This document shows positions 1 through 13,043 of a stretch of DNA of 64,000 nucleotides, piece by piece. Origin of the DNA: Malacoraja senta (lineage: Eukaryota). Positions within the stretch are counted from its first letter, which is position 1; each line of letters starts with the position of its first letter. A program made the position numbers and the translations under genes. The notes under the pieces are model-generated. The model did not search any database. It saw nothing but the letters and a program-made list of their open reading frames with translations, and had not been told where the DNA came from. The DNA lies in assembly GCA_038087875.1 (NCBI GenBank), contig CM075977.1, positions 133,610,001-133,674,000 on the forward strand, written 5' to 3'.

Positions 1-994
1 GGAAAGCCACTGCTAACAGGCAGTTATTCAAAAAATATTTTTTAGAAAAATATCTTGCACTGAAATAAGATCCTGAATGTATTTACAAGGGAAACTTGGC
101 ATAGATATCTTAATACAGCTGGAAAAGTGATATATACAATATATAAAAATTAGTCTGACAATTATTAATCTGCACCACCAAAATTAGTCTGCACCACCTG
201 TAATTAACATGATACTAAAGAGTTGAAAATGACTTCCAAAAATATTAGACAAAATGATTTACTGGATATGATGGAGCACAGAAGCCTGTTACTTGATGAA
301 TTAGAAATAATGCTTAATGCCTTTAAATTTTTCCACCTAAAAATAAGGTAATTTTAGGGCCTCCAGTTGAAAGATGCAAATGTTTTCAATCAGAGGAAAT
401 TTGGGATGTTTATTTCATTCTGGAGGCATAACTAGTTTTCTGGGCAGGTTTTTTACGGAACATTTTAAAGTTTATCACAAAAAAAATCTGCAACTCGGTT
501 TGCTGGAGCAAAATTTCCACTTTAATTTGTTTAAGAAAGAACTGCAGATGCTGGAATAATCGAAGGTAGACAAAAAAGCTGGAGAAATGTGTTTGATCTC
601 TTACTAATTTGGCACCGACCCAGTCTTTTGGGAACTCCTATGCAAGATTGCACCCGTGAGTAATGGAGGAGCAGTATAATGTAGACATAGGAACTGCAGA
701 TGCTGCTTAACAAAATAAAACCAAAGTGCTGGAGTAACTCGGCAGGTCAGGCAGCATCTGTGGAAGACATTGATTAAGTGTATTTCAGATCGGGACTCTT
801 TCGCCTGCAGAAAGGTCCAGATCCAAAACATCACCCATCCATACCTTCAGGCTGAAGAAGGATCATGACTCGAATGCCACCTAATCCATGCACGAGCCTC
901 AACAATGAATTAGGTGATGTTAGGGTCGGGACCCTTCCTCAGCACTGTGGTTTATTTTATATGTGCCTTTAAAATTATCATGATTGATTCAAAG

Positions 995-1830
995 AGTCGG
1001 AGCAATACAGTGTGGAAACAGGCCCTTCGGCCCAACTTGCCCAAACCGGCCAACATGTCCCAGCTACACTAGTCCCACCTGCCTGCGTTTGGTCCATATC
1101 CCTCCAAACTTGTCCTATCCTTGTACCTGTCTAACTGTTTCTTAAGCGTTGGGATAGTCCCAGCCTTGACTTCTTCCTCTGGCAGCTTGTTCCATACACC
1201 CACCACCCTTTGTGTGAAAACGTTACCCCCTTAGATTCCTATTAAATCTTTTCCCCTTCACCTTGAACCTATGTCCTCTGGTCCTCCATTCCCCTACTCG
1301 GGCCAAGAGATTCTGTGCATCTACCCTATTTAATCCTCTCATGATTTTATACACCTCTGCAAGATCACCCCTCTTCCTCCTGCGCTCCAAGGAATAGAGA
1401 CCCAGCCTACTCAACCTCTCCCTGTAGCTCAGACCCTCTAGTCCTGGCAACATCCTCATGAATCTTTTCTGAACCCTTTCAAGCTTGAGAATATCTTTTC
1501 TATAACGTAGTGCCTAGAACTGAACACAATACTCAAAATGCAGTCTCACCAACATCTTATACAACTGCAACATGACCTCCCAACTTCTATACTCAATACT
1601 CTGACTGATGAAGGCCAATGAGCCAAAAGCCTTTTTGACCACCTTATCTACCTGCGACTCAACCTTGAAGGAACCATGCACCATTCGCGCTGCTCTACAA
1701 CACTACCCCGAGGCCTACCATTCACTGTGTGGGTCCTGCCCTTGTTGGACGTCCCAAAATGCAACATCTCACATTTCTCTGTATTAAATTCCATCAACCA
1801 TTCCTCAGCCCATCTGGCCAATCGATCAAA
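995..1830 (-). mobile_element. CR1 (HER1-like) LINE, 5'-truncated 3' fragment
   Basis: ORFs 1648..1920 (WLMEFNTEKCEMLHFG) and 1223..1459 (LSYRERLSRLGLYSLERRR...RTRGH) match the CR1 ORF2 C-terminus. A CR1-type tail (ggaaacaggcccttcggccc) lies at about 1010. Confidence 0.9.
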
Positions 1831-3629
1831 GTGCTTTGAAATTTTATGAAAAATGTAGGAAAGCCCAAAATTAGTGAGCACCAGACAATGGATGTGGGTT
1901 TCTTTGAAGTAATATTGCAATGAGCTGATTTTTGCTTCAGTGGAATGTCTTTTTATTTTGTGATATTTGTCACTACATGTTATTCCATGTTTCCGTCCAA
2001 AGGTGGTGCTGTTGAGTTTATTTTATTTATTGTTATGTGTAGATACAGTGAAATGTTTGTTCTTCATGCCAGCCAGTCAAATAATACGAAGCGTGCTCCG
2101 GTTTCCTTCCACATCGCAAAGATGTGCGTGTTTGTGTTACTTCGCCTCTGTAAAAATGCCCCGAGTATGGGGAGTGGATGCAAAAGTGGGATAACAGAGA
2201 ACCAGTGAGAACAGTTGATCGATAGTCAGCGTGGACTCGGTGGGTTGAAGGGCCCGATCCCATGTTGTATCTTTCAATCAATCAATCAATGAGTTCAATA
2301 GATCCTCTCTGGAACAGCACACGCAAAGTTGCCATGTTCTGGCACCATCTTGTAATTTTCATGTCTCCAAAAAGTCCGAAGGAGATAAGCAATTTCTTAT
2401 TCTCTCACTTTATGCCCTGGTGTCCTGGCAGCATTAGATCAATGAAGCAGGAGAAGCCTGGTCCAGTGCTTCTACCACCCAACCAGTTTCTCCCCATGTC
2501 CCAATGATGGGTCAGTTTGATGGGGGCATGTGGATCAATGGGCTGCTGCAAATTGCCCTCAGAGTGTGGGTGAGGGATAGAATCTAGGAGGAGTTGATTG
2601 GAAGAATGTAATGGGATATAGATGTGTGTTTATCAGCATCTCTACCGCACTGTGACGCCCGATCCAGAGGGAGTGAGGACAGTGCGCCTGATGCAGGGTG
2701 CTATCTGGTCCAAGAGGGGAAGATGGTGTCTGATGCACCATGCTGTCCAGTCCCAAAGGGAGTGGGCACAATGTGTCTGACATACAGTGACATCCACTTT
2801 CAGACAAAGCAGTTCCAGCAGGAGGAGCAATTACAAAGTCTGGTATAATTAATATAATTCTGCTGAGGACCATGACAAACCTATTACCTGCCACATTTTG
2901 GTCTGCCTCTCCCTTCTTCCAGCTTTCTTCTCTCACCCACCCCCCTCTTCCCCCCCCCCCCCCACCCCTCCACAACCAGTCTGAAGAATGCTCTCAACAT
3001 AAAACCGCACCTATCCATGAACTCCAGAGATGCTGCCTGTCCTGCTGAGTTACTCCAGCAATTTGTATCCTAACATGAGGCTGATGTTCCACCATAGAAT
3101 TATCCAGCTGTACTAGTCTGTTTACCTCAGACTATGTTGGTTCCATCATCTTGTAGTCTGGAACAACTGCACATTCAATACAGATCTCAGCACGTGACGT
3201 GGTGGATACACTGGATGTTGTGTCTAAGGTGAAATCATGTGTTCAGGAGCCACAGGAGGTGCCCAGACACAGCACTGAAGATATTAGCTCTCAGTAGAAC
3301 CCAATGTATAACACAGTAACCTTCCCACCATAGAACTGCCACTCATCTGCAATTAAAATCAATTCCAATGGCCACATTTTATAGAGAGGAAAAGTATATT
3401 CAGACATTCATGTTAATGCCGTTAGGGCATTATACAAATATATGTCTAAAATGCACTTGGCTTTGCAAGTACAGATAGAGAATAGGTTATTTTTCCAGAC
3501 ACATCAATTTTGTATGCAAGTCAGAAAAATGATGTGATATAGGAGCTGTACCTCCGCGGTGTTTAGTGAACCATTAATTCCTTTTTTTGGCTAAATTATT
3601 TTATTTTTGTACTCTAAAAATACTTTCAG

Positions 3630-3704
3630 GTTGACCTGTCTGGGGCAATGAAGCAGCTATTCAGCACAGATTCAAAAATCACTCCTGGTACAAGTGTGGT
3701 GCAG
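3630..3704 (+). CDS. Candidate internal exon of an unidentified host gene (VDLSGAMKQLFSTDSKITPGTSVVQ)
   Basis: T-rich tract plus tttcag acceptor, CAG|gtatgt donor, 75 nt, phase 0-0. Only one frame is open and the sequence looks non-repetitive. Confidence 0.6.
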
Positions 3705-4369
3705 GTATGTGCGATCATACAAAGTGTGGAAATTTCTCTCTAGAAATCTCTGCCATACTTCGTTCACTACAGGCGCAAGACTATTTGTTGAGGTTATTGT
3801 CCGTTATTCTGCTACAAGTGCCTGTAGTTCTCTGGAGTGCTGAATATCATTATACCTCAGCTGCTATTGTATATTTACAATATTTCTGTAATTGAAAACT
3901 AATGATCCTCACTTCAAACAAAACCCAGCAGGAAAATCTCAGTAGTGTATGTTTAATACAAAACAAATAATGTTTCCCCTTGCCCATGACCTCAATCCAA
4001 ACAGTTTGAGTTCTACCTCATTATTTGGTGGGTTTAGTTTGTTCTGTGTATTTGCTGTAATGGTGCAGAACCTGCTGATGAAATGAGCTTGAGCTTAATG
4101 TGCATGTCATTATTAACTGTACATAAAACAACAATTTGAGTACAAAAGAGAGCCGCTGTGGTTTATTAACAATGTAAGAATAATTTAAGATTTATGTTCT
4201 TGCAAACCATTCAACTTAACCAGCCACAAAAAGAAACGAATGCTGTTTTAATTTTACGGAATACATTTTAATTTTTTTAAATGATAATTTTAAGAGATGA
4301 GAAATGGGAAAGTGTCTCTCATTTTCTTTTTTTCTCTTATGTATTCCTCTTTATTTTTGTGTGATTGAT

Positions 4370-4565
4370 CAAACTCAGACCATTGTGGGCTCCACCTTTT
4401 CATAATCATCGTTGCCTTTTGTATATCCTTCATTCATTTGCTCTACCTTCCATATCCCTCATTTCCCTTTCTCCTGAGTCTGTAAGAGGGTCTTGATCCA
4501 AAATGTCACCTATTCCTTTTTTCCAGAGATGCTGCCTGACCCACTGTTACTCCAGCATTTGTACC
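4370..4565 (+). mobile_element. Penelope-like terminal repeat relic with decayed hammerhead core
   Basis: gtctgtaagagggtcttgatccaaaatgtcacc followed by the recurrent ccagagatgctgcctgacc...actccagcattt module. Confidence 0.55.
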
Positions 4566-6609
4566 CATCCTCAATTTAATCATTCCTTTCCTGCCAGCCA
4601 TGTTTCTTTGTTCTTAAGTCACAATGGCTGAAGAGAGAGACTGTTGACTCCATTGTCATCAGGTCTTTTTGTTGTCCTGAAGCCCAAGCCACACCTTTTC
4701 AGGTCAGACAACATTTCAGGTCACGGCTGCCTGCAAACTGAAGAGGGGAGATAGCTGGTAGAAAAGGATGGGGCAAGAGCTAGTGATTGATGGATCCAGG
4801 TGAGGAGGAGTTGAATTAAATACATGTTTTTCAGACAATGCCTGATTTTGGTGCAAAATCATAGAATTATTATGATGCAGAAGACCCATTGTGTTTATGT
4901 CAACTCTCAGTTGAGAATTCCTGTCAGTCCCAATCCCCTGCTCTCCAGCTCCTTATTTTCTACTCTGCATCCTTTAGTTTTGTCCATTTACTGATCCTTC
5001 AGGTGGTGAAGGTTGCATACTGGCTGTTAACCAAGGCTGACAACATTACATCCTCCAACAAAATATTATCATATGGCAGACAGAACCTTGTTAGTCATGT
5101 TGTAAGACCAATTAAATGGTTTAGTCATTTGAGGGAAGCTTGAATGTCTAGAAAAAGCCCTCTAGGGGGCACTGTCTACTGTCTTTTGGCAAACAGCACC
5201 ATGAAGCATCTTGAATGTAATATGTGGCTGAGGCCATCTCCACCTGCTTTTATTGACTTCATTATGGCTCTGTTAATGCGAAAGATTGATAGCGTGCAAA
5301 ATCTGCTTATAATTGCTGAATACGGCCACCTATCACCCCAATTAGCCTCACTATTGATCAGAAGATGAGCAATCTCTGGCTGAAAATGAGCTTGGTTGAA
5401 CTGACAGCAGTTACTGTAGTGCTGGACGAGAGAGTTGCAACTTGAGGATTGTCGCATTATTCTGCAACAAGCTATGAAATGTTATAAAACATAATTATGA
5501 AAACATTTAGAACAAAAAATGACAACATTCTTACACAGTGAAAATATTCTTCCATTATAAGGTGGAAAATAGCATCTAATTTCAATAGTGCAACTATTAA
5601 AAAGGGAATATTTAAAAGACACAGCTATATAATAGTTCTCAATCACCATTAGCATTCACGTACTATTTCAAAAAATGACAGGCAATTTTTAATAATGTTT
5701 TACCTAGTCATTACTGATGTATCCAGGTCTAATGTTATCACTCACTCTGAATATTGTTGGAACAATTTGTTCTCATTTTGCAACTACATTTATTATCAGA
5801 ATGGCTTTGGTCTCATAATAGTGAAAGATCTTGACCTTTAATCAGTTGTGACACCATCATGGCCTGAAGCTCCTGTCTACCAAATTCTATTAAATTCCTG
5901 ATCTGTTTAAACAATACTGAGAAATGTAGACACTGATCCTTTAACATTTGATTATGCAGCCACAGCATTGTTTGATATATCACTAACTCCTAACATTATT
6001 TATCGGAATAATTTATCCGTGTTATGAGAGTGATTTCTTGCTTCCATCCATTGCAATGCCTTTCTTTGCATCTGTCACATTATTTAGCAGCAGGGTAAGG
6101 TTCAGTGCCTTTACAGCCGTGCTGATTGTTATTGTTCTATCCCCAGGTTGGTGTCATGACCTCCTTGAATTTCATTAGCAAATCTAATTCCTTTGTTATC
6201 AGTAATTGCCAAATCATTTAATTTATGTGTATTCATGACAATAAAATATATAATCAGCCATAAAAATATACATTACTTGTTAGGTCTGCAAGATTCTGAT
6301 GCCAATAAAAATATTTTTAAAATTTGTATTGCAGGAACAATATGTGGTAATATTCTATTGCTTACATTGACAGCACTATTTATGCTACAGATTTTTTAAA
6401 ATAATTGGTATTTACATGTACCAAACTATTCATATAACGTACCAAATGGCTATTCTCGCCAGATTATTTACAACTAATTTTAGTTTGAACTTTATAAATT
6501 GACAGGCATACCAAGGAATTAAAGAAGAAAACAAAAATGCAAATAAATAATATTAAAAAGAAACTGGATATGTCAATCTGGCAAAGTTGCCATTGTGGAA
6601 AAAGGAAGG

Positions 6610-7325
6610 TTTCAAGGTCAGTTATTGTCACATGTACTGTACCAATTAAGATACAGTGAAATTTGAGTTACCATATAGCCATGCTAAGTGAAAAGCAACA
6701 AAACATAAAATAAAAGTTAACATAATCATTCACCACAGCTGCTCCTGCATTCCTCACTGCGATGGAAGGTAATAAAGTCCAATCTTCTAGCTCTTCATTC
6801 TCCCGCGCTCAGGCTGTCGAACCATCCGCAGTCGGGGCGATCAAAGCTCCCGCAGCCAATGATCCGAAGCCCTCGTGTCGGGGTGATCGAAACTCCCGCA
6901 TCGGGACGGTTGAAACTCTCTGCGGTGCGGCTTGGAACTCCCGAATCGGTCTCTAATCAGGGACCGCGGACTCCATGATGTTAAAGTCCGCAGGCCCGCG
7001 GTTGGAGCTCGCCACAGTCGATCCCCGGCAAAGGGATCGCAAGCTCCACGATGGTAAGTCCACGTCATGCCCGCGGCTGAAGCGCTGGGTCGGTCTCCAG
7101 GAAAGGCCGCGCCTCATCATGATGTTAGGCCGCAGTGGGGACAGAGATATGCTACGGAAAAAAATTGCATCTCCATCGAGGTAAGAGATTGAAAAAAAGT
7201 TTCCCCCAGCCACCCACCCCCCACATAAAATAAACCAAGGAACACTAAAACATACTCTTTAACACGTACTTAAAATAACAAAACAGAAGAAAGGACAGAC
7301 AGACTGTTGGCAAGGCAGTCAATGT
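6610..7325 (-). mobile_element. Unclassified non-autonomous retroposon with CpG-rich core and Rex1/L2-type tail
   Basis: The left end (aaggtttcaaggtcagttattgtcacatg...acagtgaaat) is the reverse complement of a LINE-like 3' tail. A related tail occurs at 63808-64000. The GC/CpG-rich core at 6800-7190 has no credible ORF. Confidence 0.55.
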
Positions 7326-8207
7326 TTTCGAATTCAGAGCCTTTTTCTGTTTCCTCACTACTGCAGGAGGTCTTAAGGAAAGCTCTTGGTCGTGAATCAA
7401 TGACCGACTGACGTATGTTTCCTCTGAGCTGTTCTCTGACCAGTATTTCCAATTGAACAGGTTACTCATGAAGTGATTAATTTGTTGTTGTGAGGATATA
7501 CACAATGCCTACAATGACACAAAGACATTTTGAGATGTGGTAATCTTTTCATTTAGCATTGCCTTATAGTCAACATGTGTTATTTAGAATTTGGTTCCTG
7601 TTACAACTGACAATAACCTTTGATTGGATATCACAGAAATATGCATCTTTCAACAAAAAACATTGCTGTGTAGAATTTTCTCTGTTTAAGATTAATGTTG
7701 TTGTTTCAGACCACGCTGTTACAAATGGCTATTATTTTAGTATGGAATTTAGTTAAAGACCCTCCGTGAAGTGCATGTTTACTGAAACAATGATGATATG
7801 CAAAATAGATATTTCTTCGAATATTATTTTTTCCTGGAATAATGTACAAATTTCTTGTGTGGCCAAGATTCAAAAACCTATTCTCTCTGCTGCAATGCAA
7901 GGAAATGGATGCCTTTCAACTTGAAAGTACATAAACTAGCATGGTTACAATTGCTTCATCACCACCCTGTCACTGGTCAATTTGCAGCAAATACAAAAAC
8001 TACTGGTGTGCACATGCAGAACATTTGACTGTGTCAAGCTAAATTTAGGTGTTCTCCAGCAAACACAAATGGCCCATATCCAATTAACTTTAGTTCTCCG
8101 TTCTGATTGTTGCTCATCTGTAAAGTTACAATGTTAATTTTAAGATAATGAATTTTAAAAAGGATTCCGTGTAGAAATCTCATGTAGAGTATGAGGTACT
8201 TTATGGT

Positions 8208-8510
8208 TTTAGTTTAGAGAGAGATACAATATGGAAACAGTTCCTTCAGCCCATTATGCCCGTTCACACAAGTTCTATGTCATCCCACTTTCTCATTCAC
8301 TACCGACACAATCGCAAAAATTTAGAGGCGCCAATTAATCTATAAACCCGCACGTCATTGGGATGCGGGAGGAAACCCGAGCATCTGGAGGGAACCCAGG
8401 TGGTCACAGTGAGAACATGCAAACGCCACACAGACAACATCCAAGGTCAGAATCGATCCCAGGTCTCTGGCGGCACTGGGATGCAGCGGCTCTTCCAACT
8501 GCGCCATCCT
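8208..8510 (-). mobile_element. HE1/V-SINE-like tRNA-derived SINE
   Basis: (tttag)n tail, ggaggaaacccgagca core and tRNA-like head. Related copies occur at about 13350-13655, 15145-15275, 16660-16940, 54620-54880 and 57370-57645. Confidence 0.8.
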
Positions 8511-9089
8511 TTTATGTGATTGTTTTACACTTCAAGGGAAGTTAAACTGTCCAATTCTATCGATTTTTTTTGCTGGATTCAAAGATTAAGAAAGTATTCA
8601 TATCACTGAAGGTGCTTTCTTAATTTTTTAAGAAGTTAGCACATCTCATGGCATTGCTAGCCAGGATTAAAATCTGAAGGTTTGTGCCAGAGAATATTTT
8701 AGGTTGATTCTGCAGCTAACTGCCAGCTACTAGATTGCACTTTGACATTGGAGTCCATGGTTGAATTATGATTTTTGAGATGGTTCCCCACCACTTACAC
8801 ATGAGAATACAGTATGTGTAGCAGAGGAATATTGTCTCCATGACTTCACATAAAGAGAGATACTTATGAGGGAGCAGGGTAAACTGTAGCTAATGACACA
8901 TTTTAAAAGTAATTAATTGTTTATACTTTAGCGGTTTGAGAAACGACTACTGGAGTTTCAACCAAAAACTTTATTTGAAAGTAAGTTGCAGTAAACAGGT
9001 TTGTCAAACACGTCTGACCACATTGGTGGTCAGCACTGAACTAACTCGCGCCAAGGGAAAACCGCGCGAAAACAATGGCCCCTCCTGGA

Positions 9090-12000
9090 TCACGTGACCG
9101 TGAATTCCAAACGCCGGGTTCGATATCTGCGTGCGCTAGGTGGCGCCGCTACATGGCCCCCCCCAGAATCCGCGGTACGGAAACGCGCGGGTAAACGGAC
9201 AGTGCGACCGGAACGTGTAGTCCGCGGTCGCAGGGCGAGCGTAACATTTGGGACTGGCACAACAGGACCGGAGGGACGCGAAAAATGCAAACGAGGGATG
9301 GGCGTAACAAAGGGGACCGGAGAAACGCGACCGGAGAGAACAGGTGTAGAGGGTGTCAAAATGGCAGCTGGACGTCCTCTACGTCGTGGAGTAGCCACTG
9401 TCACTGGGCTATCCTCGTTGACATGTGCAGGCTTGAGGAGGCTCACAGAAACGAACTCCTCTCTGCCGCCCATGTCCAAAGTGAATGTTGAAACCTCCAC
9501 ATTGAGCACCTTGTACGGACCCTCATACACCCGCTGTAATGGCGAGCGATGAGCGTCTCTACGGAGAAAACCATAAGCACAATCCTGTAACATAGAAGGA
9601 ACATGAACCGTAGACGAACCATGCCGGGAAGTTGGAACTGGGACCAAAGCGCGCGCCCGCTCGCGAAGGTCCGCCAACACCTGCGAGGTAGAACTCTCCT
9701 GATCCCGGGGGGCAGGCAAGAAATCCCCGGGAACCCGCAAAACCGAGTCATAAACTAATTCGGCCGAGGAGGCTTTGAGGTCTTCCTTGGGCGTTGTCCT
9801 GATGCCCAGGAGGACACAAGGTAACTGGTCGACCCAATCAGGGCTGGTGAGTCGTGCCTTTAACGCCGACTTAAGATGTCTGTGGAATCGCTCGACCAGC
9901 CCATTAGACTCGGGGTGGTAAGCAGTAGCTTGATGTAACTTAGCGCCGTACATCTGCGCCATACCGCCCCATAGGGAAGATGTGAACTGGTCTGTCGTTA
10001 TATCTGAGGGGACCCTGAAACGAGCGACCCAATTTGAGACAATGGCCCTCGCGCATGCCTCGGCGGAGGTATCCGCTAACGGGATGGCCTCCGCCCACCT
10101 GGTAAACCTGTCCACGATAGTCAGTAAGTGGGTAGACCCGCGCGAACAAGGTAAGGGACCTACCAGGTTTACATAGATGTGCAGGAACTGGCAGTCCGGG
10201 ACATCGAAATCCTGGACCGGCTGGTGTACATGTCTCTGCACTTTGGAGGTCTGACATGGGATACAGGAACGAGCCCATGCAGCGACTTGCTTCCTCAGGC
10301 CGTGCCAGACGAACTTTGCTGTGACTAGGGCAGAGGTAGCGCGAATTGACGGGTGCGCTAAACTGGATGGTGTCGAAGATCCGGCGTCGCCAAGCGACCG
10401 AGACATTTGGTCGGGCTTTACCAGTGGAAACATCACAAAGGACTCGTGCGCCGGAGGCGCCGCAAGGTACTTCAACCAGCTTCAGCCCTGATTCAGTGTT
10501 GTGGTAAATCCTCATACTGGCAGCTGCCAACTCCTGGTAATCGATACCTAGACTAAGCGCGGAGACCTCGGGCAGCGCTGGATGGGATAATGATCGGCCA
10601 CGACATTCAGCTTACCTGCCACATTCGAATGTCAGACGTGAATTCTGAAATATAGGCAAGGTGCCGTTGCTGCCTAGCAGATCATGGGTCAGAAACCTTG
10701 GTCAAAGCGAACGTTAGTGGCTTGTGACTGGTGAACGCGGTGAAAGCTCGCCCTTCTAGGAAATAGCGGAAATGGCAGATTGCTAGGTAAAGCGCAAGGA
10801 GCTCCCTGTTGAAAGCACTGTATTTAATTTCCGGGGCTCGCAGTTGCCTGCTGAAAAACGCCAGCGGCACCCAGCGACTGCCTACCCACTGCTCAAGGAC
10901 GGCCCCCACCGTGACATCGGAGGCGTCTATGGTTAGCGCCGTTTGGGCCGAAGCCCTGGGGTGTACTAGCATAGTGGCGTTGGCCAATGCTGTCTTGGCC
11001 CCTTCAAAAGCTTTCTGTGCCTCCTTAGACCAAACTAGGTCCTTGGGCTTACCGGCCAGGCATTGGAATAGCGGCCGCATGATGGCGGTGATAGAAGTTA
11101 ACCATCCCGATAAACTCCTGGAGACCCTTAATCGACAACGGCCTGGGGAATTGCCAAATGGCGTCGACTTTCTCGGGCAGGGGTTGCGCTCCCTGGGAAG
11201 TGATACTATGTCCTACGAACGAGATAGAGCGCAGCCCGAACTGGCACTTCTCAGGGTTGATTACCAACCCGTGTTCGTGTAGCCATTCGAAAATTAAGCG
11301 GAGGTGTTTGGTATGTTCTGCCTTCGAGCGGCTGGCCACCAGGATGTCATCCAGGTAGATGAAAACGAACGGCAAACCCCGGCCGACCTGATCCATTAAC
11401 CTTTGGAACGCCTGGGCTGCGTTCTTCAGGCCAAAAGGCATTCTGAGCCACTCGAAAAGGCCGAACGGGGTAATGGTGGCCGTCTTAGGGATGTCGTCAG
11501 GGTGGACTGGGATTTGGTTATACCCGCGGATGAGGTCGACCTTCGAGAAGACGGTCGCCCCTTCCAAATGGGCCGAGAAATCCTGAATGTTTGGGACCGG
11601 ATACCGGTCGGCCATGGTTATTGCATTTAACCGTCGATAGTCACCGCAAGGCCTCCAGCCCCCGGACGCTTTAGGTACCATGTGTAATGGGGAAGCCCAG
11701 GGTCTATCCGACCGCCGGACAATTCCCATGTCCTCCATGAGCTGGAACTCGTCTCGTGCGATGCGCAGTTTATCGGGCGGGAGATGGCGTGCGCGGGCGT
11801 GCACTGGCGGACCCTCGGTTGGAATGTGATGGACCACGCCATGACGGGGTGCGGCTCCGTCGAACCGGGGCGTGAGCAACCCTGGAAAATCGGCGAGCAG
11901 GGTCGTGAAAGGTTTCTGGATCTCGGCTACCTCGGATAGTTGCTGCGAGGGCGTTGACAGGTTGCGCGGTGTGTCAGGGCGTGGGCCCGACGCAGGGATC

Positions 12001-12413
12001 ATTCAACCGCCCCGTACATCGACTAACAGGGAGAACGCGCGCAAGAAATCGGTGCCCGGGATCGGTTGGGCGACGTCAGCAACGATAAACTTCCACCTGT
12101 ACTGGTGGGAGTCGAAATTTAGTTTCGCGGTCCGCGTACCGTAGGTGCGAATATCGCTCCCGTTTACGGCCAAGAGGACAGGTCCCACCTTACCTGCACG
12201 GAGGTCCCGGGTGTTTGGAGGCAGGATACTGACATGGGCACCTGAATCTACCAGGAAACGGTGGCCGGAATGGCGATCACGGACGAAGAGGCGTGTGTTG
12301 GGGCCGATCGCGTTCGCCTCTACGGACGATCGGCGGAGGCGTTTCCCGGAAACGAACAAGGGCTTCGGCATCTTCGGGCTCCGAGCCCGTATCGCTGGTG
12401 GTAGAAGCACCAT
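9090..12413 (-). pseudogene. pol: pol (protease, RT, RNase H, integrase), broken by frameshifts and stops
   Basis: Protease FLVDSGA (12003..12413); [21 protein letters not shown] and YLDD (11049..12002); RNase H TIDASD...PLAFFSR...YSAFNRELLA (10682..11080); integrase zinc-finger region and DRFTRW, TTDQ, NGLVERFH, plus GPY (9090..10530). Confidence 0.93.
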
Positions 12414-13043
12414 CTCCGTTGGGTGTAGATCGCTGGCCGCGGCGCTTCGTCTTTGACGCTGGGCTGAGTCTCTTCCTCTCGTTGTCGGAGTGGCTGCACC
12501 CGTTGCGTGGCCATGGGGCAGGCGACGCCGTGTACGTCCCGCCGTCTGAGCGCCCAGAGCTCGTCTGCTCTTTCCGCGAGCCGCTGCGGGTCGCTGAAAT
12601 CAGCTCCTGTTAATATCAGCTGCACTTCGTCGGGCATCTGCTCTAAGAACGCCTGTTTGAAAAGCAAGCAGGGTCGATGCCCGTCCATTAGGGCCAACAT
12701 CTTGGCCATGATCGTCGATGCAGTCCATATGCAGTAGTCTTGCCGCCCTGTCTCTACGGGTCAGACCGTAAGCATGAAACAACAGGGCCTTCAACCCTTC
12801 GTACTTGCCGCTGGATGGAGGGTCTCTGATAAAGGGCAACAGCCTCGAGGCACAGTCCTGCGGTAACGCTCCCACTACATGGAAATACATGGTCTCATCA
12901 TGGTCGATACGATGAAGGTGGAATTGCGCTTCCACATGGGCGAACCACACTTGAGGTTGATCAGTCCAAAAGGCTGTCAATTTGAAAGCCGGTGAGCCTT
13001 GCCTTGTGCTGGCCCATTCTGCAGAAGGACCTTCTTCCTGCAT
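12320..13043 (-). pseudogene. gag: gag of the CsRn1-like element (split by a frameshift)
   Basis: ORF 12600..13043 (FWTDQPQVWFAHVEAQF) and ORF 12320..12709, which ends in the CHCC knuckle CFYHQRYGLGARRCRSPC. Confidence 0.85.

Noticed and set aside
221-347. Possible exon (…QNDLLDMMEHRSLLLDELEIMLNAFKFFHLKI) ending at AG|gtaatt
   Set aside because: No polypyrimidine acceptor, and its phase does not match the next candidate exon; insufficient support.
9094-12737. Multiple + strand ORFs of 60-157 aa
   Set aside because: Antisense shadows of the GC-rich Gypsy gag-pol.
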